Shown here: in pieces, positions 1 through 12,320 of the stretch | Layout: every line of letters begins with the position of its first letter | Numbering within the stretch: the stretch's first letter is position 1 | Assembly (NCBI RefSeq): GCF_006345805.1 | Contig: NC_043015.1 | Span: 20,460,001 to 20,524,000 of the forward strand | DNA from: Octopus sinensis | Lineage: Eukaryota | Direction of reading: 5' to 3' | Length of the DNA stretch: 64,000 nucleotides | Notes under the pieces: model-generated | Told to the model about the DNA's origin: nothing | Database searches by the model: none | Seen by the model: the letters and a program-made list of their open reading frames with translations, nothing else | Translations under genes and position numbers: made by a program

Positions 1-379
1 TCAGCTTCATCATTTAGGTTTAAAGTCTACATGATTCTTATATTATTGGTAATGTTACTATTATTGTTAGTCTTTTTTCCGACTGCATATTGCTGTTATA
101 AATATCACTGATATTTTCATTTCTCCTTATTTTCTCCATTAGCCTTATATCTATTATTTCTATTATTAACATTATTACTTCTATTAATATCGGCATTGTT
201 ATTATTACTATTAATGTTAATGTTATTAGTCATTCTGTGGTTACTAATTTTCACCTATGTTTTGATAGTTGCTATTGTTGTTTTTATGTTGGTAGTATGA
301 TTATAATTGCTATTGGTATTCATGCTGATATTATTATTTTATTCTATCTTTCCTGGCTAGTTTAATGTTTTATTATTAA

Positions 380-885
380 TCTTAGCTATTAAAGTGGACA
401 TATTTGGGAGGGTTGAATAAGAAATCCTAACTGTTTTCCTAGATATAATTCTATGATATTCACCCTCTCTGTAATGCTAATAAGCAGGAATTGAGACCCA
501 CCTCGTTGTGATTAACAATGGATAAATTTGTCTTCTGTGAGTATGTAATCCCTCATCATATCTCTGGAAATTCATATGTGCTCTATGGATTAGGTCACCT
601 TCTCTGGGATGCTATTAGAACTTTTTTAAAATTCTGTGATAAGACTGTACATCATCTTTAAAGAACTTTAATGAACTTTGGAATCTGTTTATGTACTTAA
701 TTATCTACATTACTTCATGAGTATAGCCTCAACCACTAGGATGTCTAGAGAACTCACATGTATTTTAGCTGATGAGTACGGGACACGTTTATATGCTGTA
801 ATTTTTACAACTTTTAATAAAAGCCTGTCCTTGTATGAAACGATTGTACTAAAACCTATCCATTCTTGTTGCTTCTTTCTCGCGT
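380..885 (+). mobile_element. Decayed 3' end / pLTR of a Penelope-like element (family B)
   Basis: Homologous to the reverse complement of about 5800-6130. It has a GIY-YIG C-terminus-like remnant (TLESVYV) followed by a hammerhead, and ends at a (TA)n array. The left boundary is approximate. Confidence 0.55.
763..854 (+). ncRNA. Type I hammerhead ribozyme
   Basis: Stem I ttttag/ctaaaa, core CTGATGA (769-775), stem II gtacgggaca/tgtccttgtat, GAAAC, near-palindromic stem III ACGATTGT, cleavage triplet GUA (846-848). Confidence 0.8.
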
Positions 886-1199
886 ATATATATATATATA
901 TATATATACAGTATGTATATATATACACGGTATATATATATATATTATATATATATATATATATACGTATATATATGCACACATTTACACAACGGGCTTC
1001 TACACAGTTTCCGTCTACCAAATTTACTGACAAACATTAGTTAGCCTGGTGCTTTAATAGAAGATTGTTGCCTAAGATGTAGGATAGTAGGACAGAACCT
1101 AAAATCACGTGGTTGCCAAACGAATTTCTTAACTTTCGCCTTCAGAACGAATTGTAAAATGATTGTTTGTTGCTTTTGTTGAAGTGTTTGTTGATTCAA

Positions 1200-1420
1200 C
1201 AGAGAAACTCTATATTTATATAGCTACAACACTTTTATAATGCTGTAGCTTTTTGGTGAATGGAGGATTGAACCACGTCGTATTTTCGGAACGGGTTGAG
1301 CTATATGTTATTGCTGTCTCGAAATCTGGTTGTACATATCTTAGTCCCCGTGGAGAGATGTATCATTGATGGTAGATTAGATTGGAACTGTATTATAATA
1401 TAGAAAAGGGTTTTGGTGAT
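1200..1420 (-). mobile_element. Old Neptune-type PLE relic
   Basis: The minus strand reads RSENTTWFNPPFTKK (WFNPPF at 1275-1258), the conserved post-RT motif. The flanks are full of stops. Confidence 0.45.
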
Positions 1421-1990
1421 AAATACGCATTAGAATGATTTACTATATGATACAAGTTAACAAGTTAGTTATAATTATTAGAGTGGATACAATATGATAC
1501 AAGTTAAAATCTTATTTTTGCCAATAGTTTTATGAAGGACTTCTTAGGGGATTAACTATAACATTTATATATTAACTAGTTCTAGCTACTGTATAGCTGT
1601 AAAATAAGCTATATTTATGCTTGGTTAGATATCAATGGTTGTGGGATAGTTGTCTTCTGTGCGCTTTTCTCGTTTTCTTGGCCACACAGATGATGCTTTT
1701 GAGCCAACTGTGTTTCACTGATGGCTACAGAAAGACATCATGTATCACATGCAGTGAGATTAAAGATCGTTGTGTCCAAATCTTTGGATACTAAAGGGAA
1801 ATCATGGTGCAGAACGGAAATCGCGACAACCGATTTGATTTCCAGTTAATTGTATATTTATATACACAGGCATGTATATACATCGATTTCTCCTATCTCT
1901 ACTCTGTGAATCTCATTTTCACCCCCGTCTTCACATACACACATATATAATTGAATATTTTATATTTGTATGTTGTAAGACTATGCGTGA

Positions 1991-2066
<76 letters not shown>

Positions 2067-2157
2067 GCACATGCGTATATACATACTCATTTCTCTCTTT
2101 TCTCTGTATATCTGTTCATGCGTGTATTTGTATTGGTGGATGGGTGTGTCTGTTCAT

Positions 2158-2629
2158 ATCAGAACAGGAATTTGATTAACTATGTTCATATATATCTCTG
2201 TACACTTACATAAAAATATATCAGAGAGCGATGCCTACGTACGTATGTGGTAGTGATGGCCTTATTTAATTGTTTGCATGTAACTAATGCTAACTTACAC
2301 ATAACTAGATTTACGAATTATTGTACTTCTGTGTATCATTCGATAAATACGATTATATTCGTGTAAATACGCGGAGACACACACATACACACGTGTGTGT
2401 GTGTATTGTGCCTTTAAGTACATCAACTCTATATATTAATGCTGTTTGTTACATAATGAAATATCAATACATACATGTACGTTGATACATGTATAAACAC
2501 ACACACACGCACATATATATATATATATATATATAGATATTATTTTTGTGTGAGTGTGTGATGTATGCATGTGTATATATATGATGCATATGTATGCTTA
2601 TATATTCATCTATATCTCTCTCTATATAA

Positions 2630-2679
<50 letters not shown>

Positions 2680-3521
2680 GTGCATATATAATGTGTGTAT
2701 GCATATACATGAATGATGTATATATATACATATATATACATATATATCTGCGTATGCATGTAGATGAATGATTGTATATATATATATAGATATATATATA
2801 TATATTCACTCACAAAATCATGCATACGCAGATATACATACATCCACATATCCAAAGCAAATACTTTATCTAGCTGATTATGTTTTCATCTTTGAGGTCA
2901 GTGAATTGTATTTCTCCTCTCTTTAATATCCAATTTATTTTCCACAAAGATGTGAATACTAGACAAGCATAACCAGATAAAAACTAAAACAGGAACAGTA
3001 GCCACAAGAACGTCGACGACTTCCTACAACTGGTGCAAGGACATGCAATGGACGGGACGAAATTTTATCNNNNNNNNNNNNNNNNNNNNNNNNNNNNNNN
3101 NNNNNNNNNNNNNNNNNNNNNNNNNNNNNNNNNNNNNNNNNNNNNNNNNNNNNNNNNNNNNNNNNNNNNATCAGAACAGGAATTTGAATTAACTATGTTC
3201 ATATATATCTCTGTACACTTACATAAAAATATATCAGAGAGCGATGCCTACGTACGTATGTGGTAGTGATGGCCTTATTTAATTGTTTGCATGTAACTAA
3301 TGCTAACTTACACATAACTAGATTTACGAATTATTGTACTTCTGTGTATCATTCGTAAATACGATTATATTCGTGTAAATACGCGGAGACACACACATAC
3401 ACACGTGTGTGTGTGTATTGTGCCTTTAAGTACATCAACTCTATATATTAATTGCTGTTGGTTACATAATGAAATATCAATACATACATGTACGTTGATA
3501 CATGTATAACACACACACACG

Positions 3522-3561
<40 letters not shown>

Positions 3562-3658
3562 GTGAGTGTGTGATGTATGCATGTGTTATATATGATGCAT
3601 ATGTATGCTTATATTCCATCTATATCTCTCTCTATATAAGTATATATATATAATATAG

Positions 3659-3694
<36 letters not shown>

Positions 3695-3793
3695 CGTGCA
3701 TATATATATGTGTGTATGGCATATACATGAATGATGTATATATACAACATATATATACATATATATCTTGCGTATGCATGTAGATGAATGATG

Positions 3794-3828
<35 letters not shown>

Positions 3829-4089
3829 CTCACAAAATCTGCATACGCAGATATACATCATCCACATATCCAAAGCAATACTTTTATCTAGCTGATTATG
3901 TTTTCATCTTTGAGGTCAGTGAATTGTATTTCTCCTCTCTTTAATATCCAATTTATTTTCCACAAAGATGTGAATACTAAGACAAGCATAACCAGAATAA
4001 AAACTAAAACAGGAACAGTAGCCACAAGAACGTCGACGACTTCCTACAACTGGTGCAAGGACATGCAATGGACGGGACGAAATTTTATC
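2158..4089. repeat. About 910-bp direct duplication flanking the gap (2158-3069 and 3170-4089)
   Basis: Both copies start atcagaacagg and end aattttatc. They differ mostly by 1-nt indels and microsatellite length. Confidence 0.9.
3070..3169. other. Assembly gap (100 N)
   Basis: Run of exactly 100 N. Confidence 1.
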
Positions 4090-4664
4090 AATCGAATCGA
4101 ATCGAATTGAATCGGTTAGATCCCCTGACCTGCAGATATGAAACGCATTATACATTCGAGAGAACCACTTGATCGTAGATAAGTGAGGAATCAAAACGAT
4201 AAGTTCATCCTCAGCTGTGCGAATAGCAAGACCACTTCATTCATTACCACGTGATGCCTTGTTCGAATCCACTACACCTCATTATGTTCATATGTCTTGT
4301 ATTGTGAACACCAAATGGAGGTAAAAATTCACAATTCATTCTATCTGAGGTCCTGATAAGTCTATAAATCTCGTCTCTCTCTCGTCTCTCTCTCTCTCTC
4401 TGCATGTATGTATGAATAATCCCCAATTACTACCTTGGAGTCCTGGAGTAGCGAGGCATTTCCCCTTCCATATTTTTAAAAGGTCATGGGCTAACAAGTT
4501 TTCTGGATCTGGCGATACGCCATAAAGCTAACCCTTTATGGACAGGAAACCTAAGGTAATTCCATAAACGGCCTACCCCCCATTTTTAATGCATATATAT
4601 ATATATTAGTGTATATTATATATATATTATATATAACTCATATATATAATATATATATACATAC

Positions 4665-4695
<31 letters not shown>

Positions 4696-4862
4696 CATAT
4701 ATAATATATATATATTATATATACAACTACATATATATATATATATATTATATATATATATATACATATATTATATATATATATATATATATATAATTAT
4801 ATTATATATAATACATATATATAATATATAATATATATATATATATATACATATATATTATA

Positions 4863-4916
<54 letters not shown>

Positions 4917-5021
4917 ATATATGTCTATACACCCCCCACTAGCACGAGTATGCCGTTTTAAACACATCGTTTGGTCCTGGATTTGTTTTTATATATCGTG
5001 ATTAATTAGTGTATTGTATTC

Positions 5022-5058
5022 CTATTCTGAAGAAGGGTCAATATCTGAAACGTTATAT
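5022..5058 (+). ncRNA. Minimal hammerhead, partly decayed
   Basis: CTGAAGA a gggt-caat-atct GAAAC GTT. Stem II pairs with wobbles and stem III is the palindrome ACGT. Stem I is poor. Confidence 0.45.
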
Positions 5059-5799
5059 CGAACGTCAAATTAATATTATTAATAGTGAATTTATCCTGTC
5101 TTTTGGGTTTTTGCATTTTGTCATTTGAGTTTCGTTTGTGTGTGTGTGAGAGAGTATTTTAGTTCTCTTCCTTTAATGTTTCATTCTACAAGTATTCAAG
5201 TCTCTTCCGTTCAGCTTATTCATGTTAAATTTTACCTTAAACTAGAATAAACATTATTTGTCCTGTGTTACTCCTGTTTTAGATATAATATAGACTACCA
5301 AAAGTGCCCCATATTCATCCCGCTCACAAATATTCTCCTTACACTTCTTCCTATCACTCATTTCAATTTAATTTGTTCTGTAGTCTCATTCTTTTTCTCT
5401 TTACATTCAGCGCAATACCACTGTAAGAAGCTCCGGACGAAGAACAAATTTTGCTGACTCGCCCATTATATCTCTCCCAGCAACCCTACTATAAACGAGG
5501 TTTCAAACGTGACCTTTCTATCATTTTCCATATCAGGTATCGCATCGGTCAAATAGTACTTCACTTTTTCAGTTTGATGTATCATCTAAAGCCTTCCAGC
5601 CGTGACCATCTACGTTCTTTTAAAAAGCAGGTACTGCGAATGTCTTCTATTGTGAAATTGGAATAGTACAGTCTGAAGGTTTTGTTGTTGCTGTTTCTAG
5701 TAGGGCGACTAAACAAATAGAGTTTTCCGTTGTCATCATTCATCGACACAATGCACTCATGTCTTGTATATCAGAAATTATATACATGTACATATATAT

Positions 5800-6130
5800 A
5801 ACCAAGAAAAAAGTAACAAGAATGGATCAGTAGTTTAGTACAATTGTTTCATACTAAGAACATTTTATTTAAAGCTGCAAATATTACAGCAAATATAATG
5901 TCAAGTATTCATCAGCTAAATTACATATATGTTTTCCAAAACATCCTAGAAAGTGTAAATATCCTTATGAAGTATTAGGAGTGCGTTCTATGAATTTGAA
6001 GTAAGATTATAAGCAGACTTTATATGTTTTCGAACAATGCACAGTTTAAAAAAATTTTTAAATGATTATGAACTTCTCAGAGAAGGTAAATCCATCCATA
6101 AAGATGCAGATATAAGTTCCAGGAGACACG
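5800..6130 (-). mobile_element. Decayed 3' end / pLTR of a Penelope-like element (family B), second copy
   Basis: Aligns by eye to 540-885 in inverted orientation. It has an RKHIKSAY remnant and a hammerhead, and ends next to a TA-rich tract. Confidence 0.55.
5834..5920 (-). ncRNA. Type I hammerhead ribozyme
   Basis: Minus strand: stem I tttag/ctaaa, CTGATGA, stem II base atac/gtat, GAAAC, perfect palindromic stem III ACAATTGT, GUA site. Confidence 0.8.
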
Positions 6131-6536
6131 AGGAAAGATGCTGGTCACACACCGGTTCAATTCACTTCTAACTGTTGCAGACAGAATTTTATAGTAGCAA
6201 GAAAGACAGCGAGGTAGGTTTAGCCAAAGTAAAGGACATTATGGGAGGAAAGGAGTGGGGGAGTAAAAGGGAATAAGGATGCCACAGACAAAGGTTGAAA
6301 ATCTAGGTCATTGTTGAAGGAATCTTAAATTCATAAAAGAACAGTAAGTTTGACCACCGCCAGCTCTGAACTTAGAACCTCACAGAGTTAATGGTGGGAT
6401 AAAGTATACAGAGAGATCAAAGGAAAACACTAAAGGGGTCATTTTTTGGTACATATATATATGTACGAGCTATATTTCTATATGTAGCCTACGAAACTCT
6501 AAGTTGCGGAGAGCCGAATGGAGTTGTCTTAAATGA

Positions 6537-6670
<134 letters not shown>

Positions 6671-6760
6671 AATCTCTCTCTTTATATGTGTGTGTGCGTG
6701 CATATATATGTACCTCTCTCTCTGTCTACCTGTTTATATATACATATATGTGTGTATACA

Positions 6761-6791
<31 letters not shown>

Positions 6792-6806
6792 ATATATATA
6801 TATATA

Positions 6807-8699
6807 TAAAACATTATTGGTGAATTGAGAATGGAGCTGAACGCAGATTGAACAGAAATCGTTTTATTTCATTCTACACGTGTTTCGAAAGGCCACAATT
6901 ACCAAAATCCGATTGAATAATGGGACCATATTGTGTCTTTCTCTTCAGGAAGAAAAAAGGAAATCCGTTGGAAAAACAAAAACAGAACAGAGGCAGAGCA
7001 AAAAACAAATCGAACTGTGCTCCTAAGAGCCATGGCGAAACTGTTTATCAGTTTATGTTGAGAACCGGTGCTGAAGAATTCAACAGGTCAGGCATCGGTC
7101 AAACATGTGGGTGGGGGTGTTAGATGTTCTTTGTGACCGAGAATAAAGTTCTGACTATTTAAAGAATATTGGATGTTTTATAAGGGGCGAGAAAATCTAT
7201 CTACTTAGAGACGTGTGTGTGTGGTATACTGTTCTATATATGTGTGCGTTGGCGTAGGGTAGAAAACATTTTTTGTGTACGTGTGTGCGTTTGATCGTTC
7301 GGCTGTCAGTGGCTACTGCCGTGATAACCGTTGGGTGGCAGAAAGAAAAAAAAAGAATTATATATATATATTTTATGTTTTATGGTGTGTGTGTGTGTTC
7401 ATCTAAGCCTACCTTGACAAGGAAAACCTCCCGCTGTGAAAAAACAAGCCCCGTTTGTCTTACAGGAGTAATTTCCCTTGCAGTGGTTAATTGTAGATAT
7501 CTTAAAATCTATTTCAGAATTTGTTACCAAGGGCTATGGGTGCCGGTCTTTTTTATGAACGCTTTTAAGGCCAGATAAGTGTAACGCCGCCAATGGGGGC
7601 ATCGAAAAGCCGACTGTAAGAGCCCGTTTACCTTCCGGCCTCTGGCAAACAAAATATGGAAGAGTTCGGAGACACAAAGGTTGCACTGTCTTCTGCCCCT
7701 ATCAAATGGGAGGGCCACCGACAAAATTGACCATTCCAGCCTATAGCTTAGTTCGCATCCTTCAGTCGCCATATTAGCTTATGAGTCCCGTGGTCTGGCG
7801 CTTGTTCACGTCCCGAAAAGTTGCGTAATGGTTGGAGACACGCAAAGACAATCTTGAGGACGATGCCCCTATATAAGTGAAGCATCTGAGTCCGTGTAAA
7901 CCTTGCATTGGTAGACGCGTTTTTGATCTTGGAGTTCGCCGACGTGAATCTTACTCTGCTAGGATTGGTTTCTGAAATTAGAACTGCGTTCCTGTCACTA
8001 TATTCGTTCCGAGACCTGCAGCCGCTTACTACTCCTATTTTCCACTACGTCACTATTAACTATAGGAATAACCCCTGATTCTCCACTATCTATCAGAGTG
8101 CTGTCATTGCTACTGCCCGTGGTACTGCTATTGCGGGAAATGATGCTGGGGATGCTAAAGGGGCTCTCTACCCTACTCCCATTGTTACCATCAACCACAA
8201 CATCCCTATTTATAACTATAATACCCCTAGTGGGTACTCCCTGGCTGGAGCTGAGATTATGTGTCACTGTACTGGCTCTCATATCATTATTACTACTATA
8301 ATTATTCCTACTGAGCATTAAGCCGGGAGCGGAAGAGGCTGTGCCTCCGGAAAAAGGTGATAGGGTCTTAGTAAGTAGCCTATTATTATGGGAGGCGATT
8401 ATCTGGGCGAGGTTTTTAGTGTTGGAGAAAGCTATCCTAACTTTATGTGAGTTAACCGTGGAGTAATATTTGGAATTTCTGGGGAAGTTATTGGCGATGG
8501 CTTGTCTAAACATGAGGGGGAGGTTAGTTCTAATCTGCTTACCAAAGGGGATTACAAACCATATATGCTTATTCCTATCAGTGTGATGGGTCGGGACGCC
8601 AGCTCTCGCATTTTGGTGGATTCTCGGATGAATAACGGGTCTTGGGTTAGTGTAAGACCTCCCGGACCGATAATTATCCTTGTTCGCTAAATTAAATGC
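6807..8699 (-). mobile_element. Penelope-like element, inverted left arm
   Basis: Reverse complement of 8997-10890. It encodes IWFVIPFGKQIRTNLPLMFRQAIANNFPRNSKYYSTVNSHKVRIAFSNTKNLAQIIASHNNRLL and the GIY-YIG C-terminus EWSILSVALPFDRGRRQCNLCVSE...CPH. Confidence 0.9.
6867..6955 (-). ncRNA. Type I hammerhead ribozyme in the PLE pLTR (left arm, intact)
   Basis: Minus strand: tttcttc CTGAAGA gaaagacacaa...ttgtggcctttc GAA ACACGTGT A gaatgaaa. Palindromic stem III, GUA site, bulged stem I. Confidence 0.85.
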
Positions 8700-10134
8700 C
8701 TTCCACTAATTTGAAGTATGTCAGTGTCTTCTCAAATCATGCCAAAACCGTAACAGACAATTTGGTTAAAAACATCTCTCTAAGATTGTCTGGCCTGTCC
8801 GCCAGTGCCGATATTTTTATGCAGAAAGCGGATTTTATAACGCCGCACTATCCAAGGCCGGTATAGGCAGAAGGTAATTTATATTGATCCGGCCCTTCCG
8901 ATGCCATCATTCGGTCATCAGGATAGGGCCGTATATAATAACATTAACATTTTAAGTAAGGACGGGAGCGCGGCGGATACCGGGGTAGTCGCTCCCGCAT
9001 TTAATTTAGCGAACAAGGATAATATCGGTCCGGGAGGTCTTACACTAACCCAAGACCCGTTATTCATCCGAGAATCACCCACCCAAATGCGAGAGCTGGC
9101 GTCCCGACCCATCACACTGATAGGAATAAGCATATATGGTTTGTAATCCCTTTGGTAAGCAGATTAGAACTAACCCTCCCCTCATGTTTAGACAAGCCAT
9201 CGCAATAACTTCCCCAGAAAAATCCAAATATTACTCCACGGTTAACTCACATAAAGTTAGGATAGCTTTCTCCAACACTAAAAACCTCGCCCAGATAATC
9301 GCCTCCCATATAATAGGCTACTTACTAAGACCCTATCACCTTTTTCCGGAGGCACAGCCTCTTCCGCTCCCGGCTTAATGCTCAGTAGGAATAATTATAG
9401 TAGTAATAATGATATGAGAGCCAGTACAGTGACACATAATCTCAGCTCCAGCCAGGAGTACCCACTAGGGGTATAGTTATAAATAGGGATGTTGTGGTTG
9501 ATGGTAACAATGGGAGTAGGGTAGAGAGCCCCTTTAGCAATCCCCAGCATCATTTCCCGCAATAGCAGTACCACGGGCAGTAGCAATGACAGCACTCTGA
9601 TAGATAGTGGAGAATCAGGGGTTATTCCTATAGTTAATAGTGACGTAGTGGAAAATAGAGTAGTAAGCGGCTGCAGGTCTCGGAACGAATATAGTGACAG
9701 GAACGCAGTTCTAATTTCCAGAAACCAATCCTAGCAGAGTAAGATTCACGTCGGCGAACTCCAAGATCAAAAACGCCGTCTACCAATGCAAGGTTTACAC
9801 GGACTCAGATGCCTTCACTTATATAGGGGCATCGTCCTCAAGATTGTCTTTGCGTGTCTCCAACCATTACGCAACTTTTCGGGACGTGAACAAGCGCCAG
9901 ACCACGGGACTCAGTAAGCTAATATGGCGACTGAAGGATGCGAACTTAAGCTATAGGCTGGAATGGTCAATTTTGTCGGTGGCCTCCCATTTGATAGGGG
10001 CAGAAGACAGTGCAACCTTTGTGTCCCGAACTCTTCCATATTTTGTTTGCCAGAGGCCGGATGGTAAACGGGCTCTTACAGTCGGCTTTTCGATGCCCCC
10101 ATTGGCGGTTTACACTTATCTGGCCTTTAAATAG
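8699..10134 (+). pseudogene. PLE ORF 3' part: RT thumb plus GIY-YIG endonuclease, frameshifted
   Basis: PSTNLKYVSVFSNHAKTVTDNLVKNISLRLSGLSASADIFMQKADF then NAALSKAG matches the Y..SNHP...RLS..S...IF....ALxxxG thumb. VYQCKVYTDSDAFTYIGASSSRLSLRVSNHYATFRDVNKRQTTGLSKLIWRLKD is a GIY-YIG domain. Several 1-nt indels. Confidence 0.85.
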
Positions 10135-10890
10135 CGTTCATAATAAGACCGGCACCCATAGCCTTGGTAACAAATTCTGAAATAGATTTTAAGATATCTA
10201 CAATTAACCACTGCAAGGGAATTACTCCTGTAAGACAAACGGGGCTTGTTTTTTCACAGCGGGAGGTTTCCTTGTCAAGGTAGGCTTAGATGAACACACA
10301 CACACACACATAAAACATAAAATATATATATATAATTTCTTTATTTTTTTTCTTCTGCCACCCAACGGTTATCACGGCAGTAGCCACTGACAGCCGAACG
10401 ATCAAACGCACACACGTACACAAAAAATGTTTTCTACCCCTACGCCAACGCACACATATATAGAACAGTATACACACACACACGTCTCTAAGTAGATTTT
10501 TTCTCGCCCCTATAAAACATCCAATATTCTTTAAATAGTCAGAACTTTATTCTCGGTCACAAAGAACATCTATACACCCCCACCCACATGTTTGACCGAT
10601 GCCTGACCTGTTGAATTCTTCAGCCACCGGTTCTCAACATACACTGATAAACAGTTTCGCCATGGGCTCTTAGGAGCACAGTTCGATTTGTTTTTTGCTC
10701 TGCCTCTGTTCTGTTTTTGTTTTTCCAACGGATTTCCTTTTTCTTCCTGAAGAGAAAGACACAATATGGTCCCATTATTCAATCGGATTTTGGTAATTTG
10801 TGCCTTTCGAAACACGTTTAGAATGAAATAAAACGATTTCTGTTCAATCTGCGTTCAGCTCCATTTCTTCAATTCACCAATAATGTTTTA
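8700..10890 (+). mobile_element. 5'-truncated Neptune-type Penelope-like element (spacer plus right arm)
   Basis: Order is RT thumb, WFxxPF linker, GIY-YIG, 3' UTR/pLTR with a terminal hammerhead. Confidence 0.9.
10738..10828 (+). ncRNA. Type I hammerhead ribozyme in the PLE pLTR (right arm, stem III variant)
   Basis: Same fold as the left copy, with stem II gaaagacacaa/ttgtgcctttc (10 of 11 pairs). The T at 10818 is G in the left copy and breaks the ACACGTGT palindrome. Confidence 0.75.
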
Positions 10891-11036
10891 ATTTCAATTA
10901 TCCGCACCAACGCACGGTTGCAACGCCAGATGGTTGTACCTCCAACCGTGCTGTTCACTGCTGTGATTTTTGCTACTAAGGTATCGGTTAAACTTTTGAT
11001 TAATCCACTACAAGATTATTCATCTTTCTATTTCAC

Positions 11037-11073
<37 letters not shown>

Positions 11074-11365
11074 TGTGTGTGTATGTGCCCGTGGGTATTA
11101 ATCAAATAACTGTCAAACTATTTGATTAGTAAAAGTTTTATAATATCCTTTGTTTAAATCGAACATAAATCATCCGATTCGTGGATGGAACACTTCTAAG
11201 TGGATGTCATCTGATGATTGATGTTCAGTTTGATACCGGATATTATGAAACTTCGAGTAACCAGATGGATCGACAGATTTTCATTAATACGTATATATAA
11301 TTTAGCTCCATAATTATTTATTTTGAGTGCTTCTCACTTTGACATATGTAACTTCTTCGATCTGG

Positions 11366-11419
<54 letters not shown>

Positions 11420-12149
11420 CAAACTTTTATTTAGGTATTTTCTCTTTCATTGTGGTGAGATTGTATACTATTTTCTGTTAAGTCTGAGAAACATCAAATT
11501 TGACAAAACAGTTATGCGCATGCTTGATACTTTCACTAACTATATAAACGAGGATTTTTGTATAATATAGATTTGTCAATATGTCTAGGCGTATGTGTAT
11601 TGGTTTGCCCTGTGCCAAGTTCTCCCATGGCTATCTCATCTTTTATTTAAATATATCTAAGATTAGTATTTTTCGACGAACATGTCCTTCCTTTTAGAAT
11701 ATTGTATCGATTGATTGTAGAGGTATTTGACTGTTATTTCTAAAATGTCTAGTTACAATATTGTGCTTTTCTCGTGAATTTGAATTCGTTCTTCTTACCT
11801 ATATCATTACTGTCATGGCATAGACAATACTTATTCAGCCAAATGTTTCTAAAGTCGGATATTCTTCCGATTAATAACCATGCTTCATTTTCAAATAAGT
11901 CTATTTTTATGTCCCTGCTTTACAAAAAATCGCTAAAATACCCTTCGTGGTCTAAAATTTCACAACATCAGCACGATTTCCTTGCCAGTTTTTTTAGTTC
12001 GTCTTACGATGCAGTTAATTCAGATTAGCACAAGGCTGTAGCAAAAAGCAACTGAAGATAAATGCTTAATAAAAGGATCACGGATATTGTGTTTCTGGAA
12101 AGTATATATTAATAGTAACAACAACAACAACAACAATAATAATAATAAT

Positions 12150-12320
12150 TTTTGCTATAAGGGCAAATTGCGGGAGGGGTCTAAGTCGATTGCATCGACC
12201 TCAGTGCTTAACTCGTGCTTATTTAATCGACCCTGAAAGGATGAAGGGCAGAGTCAACATCGGCAGAATTTGAACTCAGAACGTAGCGCCGGGCGAAATA
12301 CCGCTAAGCATTTCACTGAT
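12150..12320 (-). mobile_element. SINE-like family 2 (tRNA-like head GGCGGCGAGCTGGCAG...GAGTTCAAATTCC)
   Basis: Shared body tcgacccc...gaaaggatgaaaggcaaagtcgacc. Other approximate copies: 19450-19640, 19830-20040, 20830-20950, 21540-21740, 32150-32410, 40030-40330, 50700-51260, 55440-55780, 55850-55970, 57110-57270. Confidence 0.8.

Noticed and set aside
1430-1650. Plus-strand LIFANSFM and a W.RY.D-like stretch resembling a PLE RT core
   Set aside because: It needs several assumed indels, and it conflicts in strand with the adjacent WFNPPF relic.
11206-11262. CTGATGA...GAAACTTCGAGTA as an active hammerhead
   Set aside because: Stem I does not pair beyond 1 bp and stem II closes with U-U. 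Kept only as a weak candidate.
11800-11900. Minus-strand DLFENEAWLL resembling a hAT transposase
   Set aside because: The match is too short and has no supporting neighbouring motifs.
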